NCBI GenBank assembly: GCA_050948785.1
Contig: JBMNEM010000006.1
Location: 7,313-71,312 of the forward strand
DNA from: Dethiobacteria bacterium
GTDB lineage: Bacteria; Bacillota; Dethiobacteria; DTU022; UBA8154
Reading direction: 5' to 3'
DNA length: 64,000 bases
In this document: positions 19,018-29,020 of the stretch, piece after piece
How the letters are laid out: each line of letters begins with the position of its first letter
Numbering within the stretch: position 1 is the stretch's first letter
Translations under genes and position numbers: made by a program
The notes under the pieces: model-generated
Database searches by the model: none
Told to the model about the DNA's origin: nothing
Seen by the model: the letters and a program-made list of their open reading frames with translations, nothing else

Positions 19018-20016
19018 CTAATTTTCCCAGGGCTTGGGAATAAAAAGTTTTTCAAAAACTATGATAATATAACGATCGGTCATGCCGGAAATATAATCGC
19101 AAACAGAACGCTGCAAGCCATGCCTTTCCATCTGTCCTCTGATTTCCGGAGGCAACACCGCGGGTTTTTCCAGGTAGTAGTGATAAAGCGTTCTAACAAT
19201 AAATTTGGCCCTTTGCTCTTCACTTTTGGCGGCAGACCCGACATAAACATTTTGAAATAAAAACTTTCTGAGGCTTTCAGTTATCTCACCAAGATCTTTG
19301 CTCAGGGAAATTTGGGGGCGATCCCAGCTATTTTTGATCAGATCGCGGATCATTGTATTTAATCTTTCTGAACCTGTTTTGCCCAGATAGGCTATTTCTT
19401 CCGCCGGTAGTTGTTCAAACTTTAGAATACCCCCGCGCAGAGCATCATCTATATCATGATTGATATAAGCGATGCGATCACAGACCCTCACAAGCTGTCC
19501 TTCCAGGGTTGCAGGCTTCCTTTGACCGGTATGGGTTAAAATGCCATCCCGTACTTCCCAGGTTAAATTTAAGCCCTCCTCCCCTTCCAGAAAATCTACC
19601 ACCCTTAAACTTTGTTCATTGTGTTTAAACCCCTCGGGGAAAAGATCATTGAGTGCATCTTCCCCGGCATGGCCAAAAGGTGTATGCCCCAGATCGTGCC
19701 CCAGGGCAATGGCCTCCGTAAGATCTTCATTTAACCGTAAAGCCCGGGCCACCGTGCGGGCCACCTGAGAAACTTCGATGGTGTGAGTCAGGCGTGTACG
19801 GTAATGATCTCCTTCCGGGGCAATAAAAACCTGCGTTTTGTGTTTTAGCCGCCGAAAAGATTTGGAATGGACAATACGATCCCGGTCTCTTTGAAAAGCG
19901 GTCCGCACATCACAGGGCTCTTCCCCACGTTTCCTGCCGCGACTATGCTTGCTCCGCGTGGCCAGAGGCGATAAAAGATGCTCTTCCAGCTCCTCTAATT
20001 CCTGGCGAAAATACAA
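19018..20016 (-). CDS. dgt: dGTP triphosphohydrolase-like HD-domain protein
   Basis: 'RTRLTHTIEVSQVARTVARAL...LGHDLGHTPFGHAGE' HD motif of the dGTPase family. Confidence 0.75.
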   Translation of the reverse strand: MYFRQELEELEEHLLSPLATRSKHSRGRKRGEEPCDVRTAFQRDRDRIVHSKSFRRLKHKTQVFIAPEGDHYRTRLTHTIEVSQVARTVARALRLNEDLTEAIALGHDLGHTPFGHAGEDALNDLFPEGFKHNEQSLRVVDFLEGEEGLNLTWEVRDGILTHTGQRKPATLEGQLVRVCDRIAYINHDIDDALRGGILKFEQLPAEEIAYLGKTGSERLNTMIRDLIKNSWDRPQISLSKDLGEITESLRKFLFQNVYVGSAAKSEEQRAKFIVRTLYHYYLEKPAVLPPEIRGQMERHGLQRSVCDYISGMTDRYIIIVFEKLFIPKPWEN

Positions 20017-20193
20017 TTCCGCTTCCCCCTTTTAGTCCGGACAGGCCGGAGACGGCTCAGCCGGCAAAGAAGGCCGGCTGCCGGCAGGCAAACAAGACAT
20101 GAGCTCTGCCGGGCGGCCAACAGGAGTCTTAAAAGCCGAGCCCTCAAATTCCCCGCAAAAACACTGCGTAACGACACCGGCTCGCTGTCCCGC

Positions 20194-20799
20194 CTAAAGT
20201 TGACGTTTTTTCCGTAAAGAAGCAGTAGCCTGGCAAACCTGCGCAACTCTTTGCCCCAACATAAAAGCCCTTTTCTGAGCATGCTGATCATTCTCGGCAG
20301 ATCCCCCAACGCAAGTGCCATGGTGGCCCGCACTTTTTTCGTGACTGTCGCCCACCACAATCATGCCCTGAACAAACATCATGCTGTGCAGGGCACGCAG
20401 AGTTGTTTCCTGCCCGCCAAAACGGGCTGCACCAACGCTTAAAGCACCGCCCACGGTATTCAAAAGTTTTTTCCCTCTTCTCAAGCGACGGGTTTTATCC
20501 CAAAAAGCTTTTAGCTGGGCGGAAACAGTCCCAAAATAAACCGGACTGGCTAAAAGCAAGCCATCAGCAACGGCCATTTTTTCGAATACCTTTTCCAGCT
20601 CCGTACCTTGGTAACATACCCCCCGGCATGGAGTTTCACAACCGCTGCAAAAAGGACTTTTTCCTTTCTCCAAAATCTCCTTTATAAAAACCGTTTCCGT
20701 TTTGGCACCCAGTTCCCTCGCAGCCTTTAAAGCTGCTTCCAGAATGAAAGCCGTGTTCCCCTGCCGGTTGGGGCTACCGTTTAATCCAATAATCAGCAT
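20194..20799 (-). CDS. NADPH-dependent FMN reductase-like iron-sulfur flavoprotein
   Basis: 'MLIIGLNGSPNRQGNT' flavodoxin-like N-terminus plus compact Cys cluster 'CSGCETPCRGVC'. Confidence 0.55.
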   Translation of the reverse strand: MLIIGLNGSPNRQGNTAFILEAALKAARELGAKTETVFIKEILEKGKSPFCSGCETPCRGVCYQGTELEKVFEKMAVADGLLLASPVYFGTVSAQLKAFWDKTRRLRRGKKLLNTVGGALSVGAARFGGQETTLRALHSMMFVQGMIVVGDSHEKSAGHHGTCVGGSAENDQHAQKRAFMLGQRVAQVCQATASLRKKRQL

Positions 20800-20897
20800 T
20801 TTTTTCCCTCCTGATTTTCCTTAAATTACTCTTGAATCCTCTAGGCTGGTTATGAGAAAATAGTAAAGTGTAACCTTAATAAAAAAGCTTCACTATT

Positions 20898-22136
20898 ATG
20901 TTAACTAAAATGGAGGAGGCATCCAAAATGATGAGCACAACCGGGAAAATTAAGAAAATTGCAGTTGTCATGCTGGTCCTTTTGCTTTGCATTTCAGGGC
21001 TGTTTAGTCCAAAGAAAGTACTGGCACAGGATTTATCCCTTCCGGAAATCGGCTCGTATGCCGCGGTATTGATGGAATTCTCCCGTGAAGAGATAATTTT
21101 TGATAAAAACAGCACTGAACAACTGCCTCCCGCCAGCCTAACCAAAATCATGACTCTTTTATTGTCCTATGAAGCTCTACAGCAAGGTAAAGTTACCTGG
21201 TCGGAAGAGGTTACCGTCAGCCAAAAGGCTTGGGAAACAGGAGGCTCCCAGATGTTTTTGGAAATAGGCCAGAAAGTGCCCTTCGGGACAATGCTGACCG
21301 GCATCGCCACCATCTCCGCCAATGATGCCTGTGTAGCCGTAAGCGAACACCTTTGTGGCTCAGAGGCTGTTTTTGTCCAGGAAATGAATAAAAAAGCCAA
21401 GGAACTGGGACTAATAAATACACTTTTCCAGAATTCTTCCGGCCTGCATCACCCTGAACATTATTCCAGTGCCGAAGACATGGCCCGGCTTGCCCATTAT
21501 TTAATCCAAAATTTCCCGGAAAGCCTGAAACTGCATTCTCAAACCGAATTTACTTTTAATAATATCTTACAATATAATCGCAACCCTCTCTTGGGACGTT
21601 ATAACGGAGCTGACGGGCTAAAAACAGGACATACTTCGCAAGCAGGTCATTGCCTGATCGGAACTGCCAGCCAGGGAGGCCTGCGTTTTATTACCGTGGC
21701 AATGAATGCTGCCAGCCCCGCCGTAAGGCAAAAAGATACTGAAACCATGCTGAACTATGCCTTTCGCAATTATACGCTGCACAGGGTCTTCCCGGCAGGT
21801 GAAACCATCGCTACGGCCAAAGTAAAAGGCGGTGAAGAGCGTTACGTCGATCTATACCTGGAACAACCGCTGGAAGTAGTTATGCTCTTCAACCGTCAGG
21901 AAGATCTGGATCTCCAGATCGAGGTTCTGGAAAATACTCCGGCACCGGTCAATAAAGGTGATTCTTTAGGGAGCGTCAAAGTCCTGCTCGATAACGAAAC
22001 CCTGGCCGAAGCACCTTTACATGCTGCAAAAAATATCCGAAGGGCCAACGTCTTCTCCCGGTTTTTCCGTTTCATCGGCGACCTTTTGGCCGGCCTCTGG
22101 CAGCAACTGACGCAAGCCCTTCGTAATTTGCTTTAA
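20898..22136 (+). CDS. D-alanyl-D-alanine carboxypeptidase (S11 peptidase, PBP5-like)
   Basis: Signal peptide; SxxK 'ASLTK', SxN 'SAND', KTG 'KTGHT'. Confidence 0.8.
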   Translation: MLTKMEEASKMMSTTGKIKKIAVVMLVLLLCISGLFSPKKVLAQDLSLPEIGSYAAVLMEFSREEIIFDKNSTEQLPPASLTKIMTLLLSYEALQQGKVTWSEEVTVSQKAWETGGSQMFLEIGQKVPFGTMLTGIATISANDACVAVSEHLCGSEAVFVQEMNKKAKELGLINTLFQNSSGLHHPEHYSSAEDMARLAHYLIQNFPESLKLHSQTEFTFNNILQYNRNPLLGRYNGADGLKTGHTSQAGHCLIGTASQGGLRFITVAMNAASPAVRQKDTETMLNYAFRNYTLHRVFPAGETIATAKVKGGEERYVDLYLEQPLEVVMLFNRQEDLDLQIEVLENTPAPVNKGDSLGSVKVLLDNETLAEAPLHAAKNIRRANVFSRFFRFIGDLLAGLWQQLTQALRNLL

Positions 22137-22149
22137 TCTTTCGGGAAGA

Positions 22150-22190
22150 AACCGGCAGCGGGGCTGCGGCTAGTCTTCTTTTTTATCTTT
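22150..22190 (+). terminator. Intrinsic terminator after the carboxypeptidase gene
   Basis: CCGGCAGCGGGGCTGCGG hairpin followed by CTAGTCTTCTTTTTTATC. Confidence 0.45.
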
Positions 22191-22309
22191 TAAGGCCGCC
22201 TGGGTTGCTGCTATCAAAATAGACCAATCACTATTTTTCGCTATTATGGAACACTTTTTTAAATCTTCAATTTTATAGTAGTCGGGACTAAATGCACATA
22301 ATAGCTTTT

Positions 22310-24559
22310 TTATTCCGTTCCTACTTTTAGAGCTTCACTCATGGAAACTTCGTTAACTCTCTTTGCACACAACAGCTTGCTTAGCTGGTAGGTTAACATA
22401 ATAACCACGAAGCAGACAACCACATAAAGGGGGCTAATAATGGTTGGCAGCACTAAATTGATCATATTACCAAGATAGCCGTATATTGCGCCCATCGACG
22501 CCGCCATAATAGGAATGCTGAGAATAAATCCAGCCACTATGACAAAGGTAGAGCTGTTTAGTATCATGGATTTGATCTCCCTACGTCGATAACCAAATAC
22601 CTTAAAAAGTGATATGGTGTTTCTATTTTCCTCAATAATCAACGAAGTTACAAGATAGAGAATAATCAAGGCCACAATACTGGAGACAATCGTCATTAAT
22701 GCTACCATGGAAATCATCTGCCCAAAAAATTCGTCCATTGCGTTAGGCATCTCACTCATGGATTTTATTCCTGATAGCTTTTCACTAGGAATATCAAGCT
22801 TAATTGTACTAAAAACCCCCATATAGCTGTTTTCTGGAAGCCCCAGTTTTTTGTTGAATTCTGTTATTGGCACATATATAAACTGCTCAACGTAGGAATC
22901 AGCGATAGCGTCAATATGAAAGGTGTAGGGCTTCCCATCCTCTTTGTTGATGAAAGTTACAGTATCCCCAGCTTTAATGCCCAGTCGATTGGCCAAAGCC
23001 TTGGTAATATTTGTTTGATTGTTAGGAATAGGATTTCCTTTACTATCCTTCAGAGTCACAATTCTTGAATCTGACTTTATCCCAGTTATATAAAACTCAA
23101 TTCCCTCATTGTTTTCAGGATAAAACTTCCCTGCATTAAAAGCCTCTGCCCCTTCCGGCGCCTCACCGAATTGTAGATCCCTGAAGGCATATTCGTATTC
23201 AAACTGGTATACATCCGAGGTGTTAAATACATGGTTCATAGAGTTCAAGATAGTGAAACCAAAGAGCATTAAGACAGAGGCACTGGTAACTCCCAGGAAG
23301 AGAAATACAAGCCGTGAGATGCTTCTAAACTGCTCCCGTAGCTTAAACTTGGTGCTGAACTTAAACCTTTCTAGTTTAAAGGCTCGCTCCAGTGCATTAA
23401 CCTTGGTTTTTTGCTTGTCCCCCTTCATAAGCTCCGCCGGAGAGCGCTTCAGTTCTGATCGTATAACGAGATAGCTGCTGAGGCCTAAAAATATTGTAGG
23501 CGTCAGTATTCCAATTAATACATTTAGAAAGCTTAATTTAATGCCTGGAACAGGAACATTATAGTAGGAAATCATAGCCATAACCATTGGCTCGATAGAG
23601 GGTAGTGCCAACAGGCTTCCTATCATTCCACCTGCAAAAGCCAGCAGCAGCGGGATAGCCATATAGTGGCGCGTTAGCTCTCGTCGCCGGTAACCTTGGG
23701 CATAAAGTGTCCCGACAATCACCGATTCCTGGCGGATCATGCGCCAGAACATGATGCCGATAATTAAGCAAGACAAAAGAAACATTGCGGCTGGTAATGG
23801 TACGCTCATGGTTTTCATACCGATAATAGACGCCCAAACCACTCTTGCCCGTTTGTTGTTCATAATGTCAATCCAGTCAGATACTGTTATACCTTCTACC
23901 CGTAAACGTTCCCGAAATTGTACCGCCTGTCTATTAAGGCTCTGGGTTCTGTCATTAAACCTGACGGAATAGATGCTGGCAACATTATCTATATCTGAAA
24001 ATTCCTCACGATTTATAACCGCCACACCGAAATCATTGGGCGAATACAGTATATCATTCACGTTCTTTAGAGGATAGATATAGTGGGGCAGAGACACAAA
24101 ACCCACAACAGTGAAGGTTTTATCTGCCATCTCTATTTGACTGCCTACAGAATAACCGTTGGCTTTGGCAAAGGCAGGGTCAAGTAGAATCTCCCCCGAA
24201 CCTGAAAGCCCTCGTCCCTCTATAACAGCCGGAATGTTCAGCTTTTCTGTTTCACTGAGGAGCCGCAGGGTAAGGGTATCGGACAGTTCAGCGTCAAAGC
24301 TCATATACTCCTCAATGATGACGTCAAACTCTTTCTCTAATTCTGCCCTATCAGAAATAACTCTATCGGTTGAAAAGGACAAATCTTCCTGCATATGTTC
24401 CTCAGTAAAGGTTGTTACCAGGTTAGCTAGATTTTGAGAAAGCCCCGCAGCCACAATAAAGGTATAGCTCCCCAGGATAATCAGCATAAAAATACCGAGG
24501 TAGCGCAGTTTGTTTTCTTTCAGTATCCGCAGAACTCTTCTATTCAAAACCATCACCAC
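22310..24559 (-). CDS. FtsX/MacB-family ABC transporter permease (two FtsX-like modules)
   Basis: 749 aa; two repeats of a large extracellular domain followed by a 3-4 TM bundle; 7-nt overlap with the ATPase gene; lower GC than its surroundings. Confidence 0.7.
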   Translation of the reverse strand: MVMVLNRRVLRILKENKLRYLGIFMLIILGSYTFIVAAGLSQNLANLVTTFTEEHMQEDLSFSTDRVISDRAELEKEFDVIIEEYMSFDAELSDTLTLRLLSETEKLNIPAVIEGRGLSGSGEILLDPAFAKANGYSVGSQIEMADKTFTVVGFVSLPHYIYPLKNVNDILYSPNDFGVAVINREEFSDIDNVASIYSVRFNDRTQSLNRQAVQFRERLRVEGITVSDWIDIMNNKRARVVWASIIGMKTMSVPLPAAMFLLSCLIIGIMFWRMIRQESVIVGTLYAQGYRRRELTRHYMAIPLLLAFAGGMIGSLLALPSIEPMVMAMISYYNVPVPGIKLSFLNVLIGILTPTIFLGLSSYLVIRSELKRSPAELMKGDKQKTKVNALERAFKLERFKFSTKFKLREQFRSISRLVFLFLGVTSASVLMLFGFTILNSMNHVFNTSDVYQFEYEYAFRDLQFGEAPEGAEAFNAGKFYPENNEGIEFYITGIKSDSRIVTLKDSKGNPIPNNQTNITKALANRLGIKAGDTVTFINKEDGKPYTFHIDAIADSYVEQFIYVPITEFNKKLGLPENSYMGVFSTIKLDIPSEKLSGIKSMSEMPNAMDEFFGQMISMVALMTIVSSIVALIILYLVTSLIIEENRNTISLFKVFGYRRREIKSMILNSSTFVIVAGFILSIPIMAASMGAIYGYLGNMINLVLPTIISPLYVVVCFVVIMLTYQLSKLLCAKRVNEVSMSEALKVGTE

Positions 24560-25251
24560 TCAATCCTTTCTGCTGGAACAATCACTTGATTAACCACTTC
24601 ATCTACGACTTCCCCACTTCTCAGCCTAAATACCTTGTTTGCCATAGCGGCAATGGCACCATTGTGGGTTATCATCAAGATGGTTGTTCCGTATTTTTTG
24701 TTCACCTGTCGCAGAAGTTTCAGGATGCTACGAGACGTCTGGTAATCTAGTGCTCCGGTAGGTTCGTCACAAAGCAGCAACTTTGGATTCTTGACAATGG
24801 CTCTTGCAATAGATACACGCTGTTGCTCTCCGCCACTCAATTCCCTAGGAAAGCGGTGTTTTTTATCCAGCATTTCCACTGCTTCTAAAACCTCATCAAT
24901 CTTCAGAGGCGATTTACTTATATTGGAGACTACTTCAATATTTTCCCCAACTGTAAGGTTAGGAACAAGATTATAGAACTGGAATACAAAACCGATGTCT
25001 TCACGTCTATATTCCGTCAGTTCATCGTTGTTCAACTTGTTTACTTCAATCCCATCTACAATGACTTTGCCGCTATCGCCGCGATCAACGCCACCAATGA
25101 TATTCATTAGGGTGGATTTTCCTGAACCCGATGGCCCAAGGATGACACCGATTTCCCCCTTTCCCAGTTTCATCTCAATCCCCTTTAATACATCAGTTTT
25201 AATCACCCCAGTTGTGTAGCTCTTCTTCAAATTTGAAACATCAATAAACAT
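24553..25251 (-). CDS. ABC transporter ATP-binding protein (MacB/LolD-like)
   Basis: 'GPSGSGKST', 'LSGGEQQRVSIARA', 'LLLCDEPTGALD'. Confidence 0.85.
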   Translation of the reverse strand: MFIDVSNLKKSYTTGVIKTDVLKGIEMKLGKGEIGVILGPSGSGKSTLMNIIGGVDRGDSGKVIVDGIEVNKLNNDELTEYRREDIGFVFQFYNLVPNLTVGENIEVVSNISKSPLKIDEVLEAVEMLDKKHRFPRELSGGEQQRVSIARAIVKNPKLLLCDEPTGALDYQTSRSILKLLRQVNKKYGTTILMITHNGAIAAMANKVFRLRSGEVVDEVVNQVIVPAERIEW

Positions 25252-25252
25252 G

Positions 25253-25885
25253 TTATTGTTCCTCCTTTTTATAAAAACACCGTTTCAAAATATCGAAATA
25301 TTCATCCGATTCACTAAGTACTTCCATGCCAACATCTTCAATAGAATCAACTTTATCCCTATGCAGTTCGGCAAAACTCAGCATCGTCCAGTTAATTATA
25401 TTAATCATTTTTTCACGATCAATATCTTCCCGAAATTTTGTCCAATCAATATTTTTATAACCTCTTTCCAAACCGCTTACGATGAGATCTTTACCAATTT
25501 TTTTAATTTCAGATTTCACTTCAGCAGCATCCTCATGGGCTAGAGCCCTTAGAAAATTAAATGCTTGCGGGAACTTTTTATAAATTTTAAATTTAACTAA
25601 TCCTATTTGTCTCATTCTTTCAAAAAAATCCATTTCATTCCAATCTACTTCAGCATAGATTTTTTCAATCATCTCAGCTACATAATCAAGCAGGAATAAA
25701 TACAGTTCCTTTTTACTGTTAAAATAGTTGAATAATGATCCTTTAGATATTTCTGCTTCCTTAATAATCACGTTTGTAGAAGCTCTTTCATAACCACTGC
25801 GAGCAAATTCTTTAAGAGCTGCATTGATGATACGTTCTTGTTTATCCTTTTCTAAACTATAAAATCTTGTATTGATGACTTTCAC
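25253..25885 (-). CDS. TetR/AcrR-family transcriptional regulator
   Basis: N-terminal HTH 'IINAALKEFARSGYERASTNVIIKEAEISKGSLFNYF'; probable GTG start at 25883-25885. Confidence 0.8.
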   Translation of the reverse strand: MKVINTRFYSLEKDKQERIINAALKEFARSGYERASTNVIIKEAEISKGSLFNYFNSKKELYLFLLDYVAEMIEKIYAEVDWNEMDFFERMRQIGLVKFKIYKKFPQAFNFLRALAHEDAAEVKSEIKKIGKDLIVSGLERGYKNIDWTKFREDIDREKMINIINWTMLSFAELHRDKVDSIEDVGMEVLSESDEYFDILKRCFYKKEEQ

Positions 25886-25904
25886 CTCATTTTCTCAGAT
25901 ATGT

Positions 25905-25962
25905 AATTGACCACTATGGTCATTTGCTATTATTGTATATCATATGACCATAGTGGTCAATT
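25905..25962. promoter_or_regulatory. Pair of palindromic TetR-type operators (TGACCAnnnTGGTCA) in the tetR/ABC operon promoter
   Basis: AATTGACCACTATGGTCATT (25905-25924) and ATGACCATAGTGGTCAATT (25944-25962) are exact reverse complements of each other; each is a 6-3-6 palindrome; 20-80 bp upstream of the tetR start. Confidence 0.6.
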
Positions 25963-26232
25963 AAATTTTGTTAAGAATTTGTATATCTTTAAGAATGACA
26001 TCTTTCCTTATTTTCAAAGTATATGTTTTCATCCTATAAAAACTCCAAAAGACTTTAATCTATCAATACCCCATTAATTTTACTTCCCTGCAAATTAATT
26101 CCAGCCAATAAATAAAATTTATCTCTTTCACTGAGCCCCTAAAAAACTGATCAATAAATGTTTGATTATTAATGTTTAGTTTTTATTCAAATACCTATTT
26201 TCTATCAACACTTCACTGGATAATATTAAATA

Positions 26233-26285
26233 AAAGGTATTGTCTCTTAAACCACTAAAAGACAATACCTTTACTTTATTTTATA
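26233..26285. terminator. Strong bidirectional intrinsic terminator (after ppdK; also bounds the low-GC island)
   Basis: 12-bp perfect stem AAGGTATTGTCT...AGACAATACCTT, T-runs on both strands. Confidence 0.6.
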
Positions 26286-26347
26286 CATATACTCGCTGTA
26301 TAAGGCTTATAAACAATGTCTATGCAACTCCTAAGTTAAACTCTAAT

Positions 26348-29020
26348 TTACCCTTGATGCTTTATAGCCGCTTGCGCTGCCGCCAGCCGGGCGATAGCGA
26401 CACGGAAAGGCGAACAGCTTACATAATCAAGGCCAACCTGGTGGCAAAATTCAATTGACTGCGGTTCGCCCCCATGCTCTCCACAAATGCCAAGCTTCAA
26501 ACCGGGCTTTATTTCCCGACCCTTGGTTACTGCCAAAGAGACCAAACATCCGACCCCTTTTTGGTCTAAAACCACAAAGGGGTTTTCAGGTAAAATTTTC
26601 TCCTGAAGATAATAGGGCAGGAATTTTCCCTCAGCATCATCGCGGCTAAAACCAAAAGCCGTCTGCGTTAAATCGTTGGTCCCGAAAGAGAAGAAATCAG
26701 CGTGCCCGGCGATCTCATCTGCTGTAATACAGGCCCGGGGCAGCTCAATCATTGTCCCTACAGTATAGCTGAATTCCAGACCCATTTCTTGCATTACTTT
26801 GGAGGCTTCATCCTCCACAATAGCGCGCATGGCTTCCAACTCGCGGGCATGTCCGACCAAGGGGATCATAATCTCAGGATTAACTTCCAAGCCCTCTTTT
26901 TTCAAGGAAATTACAGCCTGGCAGATTGCTCTGACCTGCATCCGGTAAATTTCCGGGAAAACCAACCCGAGGCGGCAGCCTCTGTGCCCGAGCATGGGAT
27001 TCATCTCTGCCAATCCCCGTGCTTTTTTTAAAAAAGCCTCTTTTTCCTGCAAATCCGGGCCCTTTTCCCCCCGTTCCAGCGCACAGGCAACCTCTACCTG
27101 AAGTTCCTCCAGGTTGGGTAAAAATTCGTGTAATGGGGGGTCCAGAAGGCGGATTGTCGTCGGCAGGCCTTCCATTTCCCGCAGGATCCCCTCAAAATCC
27201 CCCTGCTGTATAGGCAAAAGCTGAGCGAGGGCTGCCCTTCTTTCCTCCTCTGTTTCGGCCAGAATCATCTGCTGGACAACCGGAAGTCTCTTTTGTTCCA
27301 TAAACATGTGTTCTGTCCGGCACAGTCCAATTCCTTCCGCTCCAAATTCCCTGGCTTTACGGGCATCTCTCGGGGTATCAGCGTTCGCTCTGACCTGCAG
27401 GCGGCGCTTTTCATCCGCCCAGGAAAGAAGCAGTTTGAATTCCGGGCTGAGCGTGGGAGGAATCAGGGGCACCTCACCAGAATAAACATGGCCGGTAGTA
27501 CCGTCAATGGAGATCGTCTCTCCCTCGCGGATAATCTGCTCACCCACCTGGAATGATCCGGCCTGCGGATCGATTTTAATCGCCTCGCAACCACTGATAC
27601 AGGGTTTCCCCATACCTCTGGCCACAACAGCGGCATGGCTGGTCATCCCGCCCCGGCTGGTTAAAACACCCTCGGCAGCGACAATACCGTGAATGTCATC
27701 CGGAGTTGTTTCCGAACGCACCAGGACGACCTTTTCCCCTTCCTGACTTTTCTTTTCAGCTGTATTAGCATCAAAAACAACTTTCCCCACAGCTGCACCG
27801 GGGGAAGCAGGTAAGCCCTTGGCCAGGGACACCAGCTCCGCAGCAGGGTCAATGCGCTGGTGCAGTAAGTGGACCAGCTGTGCGGGCTCAACTCTGAGGA
27901 GTGCTTCCTCTTTTGTAGAAATTCCCTCTTGAACAAAGTCTACAGCGATCTTTACTGCTGCCTCGGCCGTTCTTTTACCGTTTCTGGTCTGAAGAATATA
28001 GAGTTTGCCTTTTTCCATCGTTAATTCAATATCCTGCATATCCCGGTAATGCTTTTCCAAATTTGTACAGATCGAGGTAAACTCTTTATAGATATGGGGA
28101 AACTTTTCCTTTAAAGCGGAAATAAGCAGAGGTGTGCGTATACCGGCCACAACATCTTCCCCCTGGGCATTGAACAAAAACTCGCCGTAAAGCTGTTTCT
28201 CACCCGTAGCAGGGTTTCTGGTAAAAGCCACACCTGAACCGCTATCCTCTCCCATATTGCCGAAAACCATCGCCTGGATATTTACAGCCGTGCCAAGGTG
28301 ATCCGGAATTTGATTCAAACGGCGATAAACAACCGCCCGGGGATTATTCCAGGAGGCAAAAACAGCTTTGATTGCCTCCAGAAGCTGATCATGAGGGTTT
28401 TGAGGGAAAGCCCCGCCGCTCTCCTCTTCAATAATCTGTTTGTAGCGTGCAATCACTTTTTCCCAACCCTCGGAAGGTAATTGCTGATCACTTTGCACCT
28501 TAAAAGCTTCCTTGCATTTCTCCAGCGCCCTTTCAAAATGGCTGTGTTCAATATTCAGGACTACATCACCGTACATCTGCAAGAAGCGCCGGTAACAATC
28601 CAGAGCAAAAGTTCTGTTACCTGTAGAGCCGGCCAAAGCTTCCACCGTGTCTTCATTTAAACCAAGATTTAGAATAGTATCCATCATGCCGGGCATGGAA
28701 AAATAAGCTCCGGAGCGAATTGAAAGCAGCAAAGGGTTCTCCGGGCTTCCAAGGACTTTACCCGTTTGCCGCTCCAGCTCCCGCAGGGCTTCAAAAACTT
28801 CGGCCTTGAACTCCTCCGTAAGGGTTTCTTCCCGCCGGTAATATTCGTTACAGGCTTCGGTTGTCACAGTAAAACCTGGCGGTACCGGCATCCCCAAACG
28901 AGTCATCTCGGCCAGATTGGCCCCTTTGCCCCCTAGTAATTTTTTCATTTCCATATTTCCTTCAGCAAACATATAAACCTGTTTAGCTATGCTCAATTTC
29001 CTTTGCCTCCTTGACGACAT
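26348..29020 (-). CDS. ppdK: Pyruvate, phosphate dikinase
   Basis: 'FAEGNMEMKKLLGGKGANLAEM', PEP-utilising and phosphohistidine domains; ~880 aa; exact start uncertain. Confidence 0.9.
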   Translation of the reverse strand: MSSRRQRKLSIAKQVYMFAEGNMEMKKLLGGKGANLAEMTRLGMPVPPGFTVTTEACNEYYRREETLTEEFKAEVFEALRELERQTGKVLGSPENPLLLSIRSGAYFSMPGMMDTILNLGLNEDTVEALAGSTGNRTFALDCYRRFLQMYGDVVLNIEHSHFERALEKCKEAFKVQSDQQLPSEGWEKVIARYKQIIEEESGGAFPQNPHDQLLEAIKAVFASWNNPRAVVYRRLNQIPDHLGTAVNIQAMVFGNMGEDSGSGVAFTRNPATGEKQLYGEFLFNAQGEDVVAGIRTPLLISALKEKFPHIYKEFTSICTNLEKHYRDMQDIELTMEKGKLYILQTRNGKRTAEAAVKIAVDFVQEGISTKEEALLRVEPAQLVHLLHQRIDPAAELVSLAKGLPASPGAAVGKVVFDANTAEKKSQEGEKVVLVRSETTPDDIHGIVAAEGVLTSRGGMTSHAAVVARGMGKPCISGCEAIKIDPQAGSFQVGEQIIREGETISIDGTTGHVYSGEVPLIPPTLSPEFKLLLSWADEKRRLQVRANADTPRDARKAREFGAEGIGLCRTEHMFMEQKRLPVVQQMILAETEEERRAALAQLLPIQQGDFEGILREMEGLPTTIRLLDPPLHEFLPNLEELQVEVACALERGEKGPDLQEKEAFLKKARGLAEMNPMLGHRGCRLGLVFPEIYRMQVRAICQAVISLKKEGLEVNPEIMIPLVGHARELEAMRAIVEDEASKVMQEMGLEFSYTVGTMIELPRACITADEIAGHADFFSFGTNDLTQTAFGFSRDDAEGKFLPYYLQEKILPENPFVVLDQKGVGCLVSLAVTKGREIKPGLKLGICGEHGGEPQSIEFCHQVGLDYVSCSPFRVAIARLAAAQAAIKHQG

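Noticed and set aside
19995-20360. 121-aa minus-strand ORF
   Set aside because: It overlaps the dgt start region and the flavoprotein gene end. It is Arg/Leu-rich with no start context and is probably spurious.
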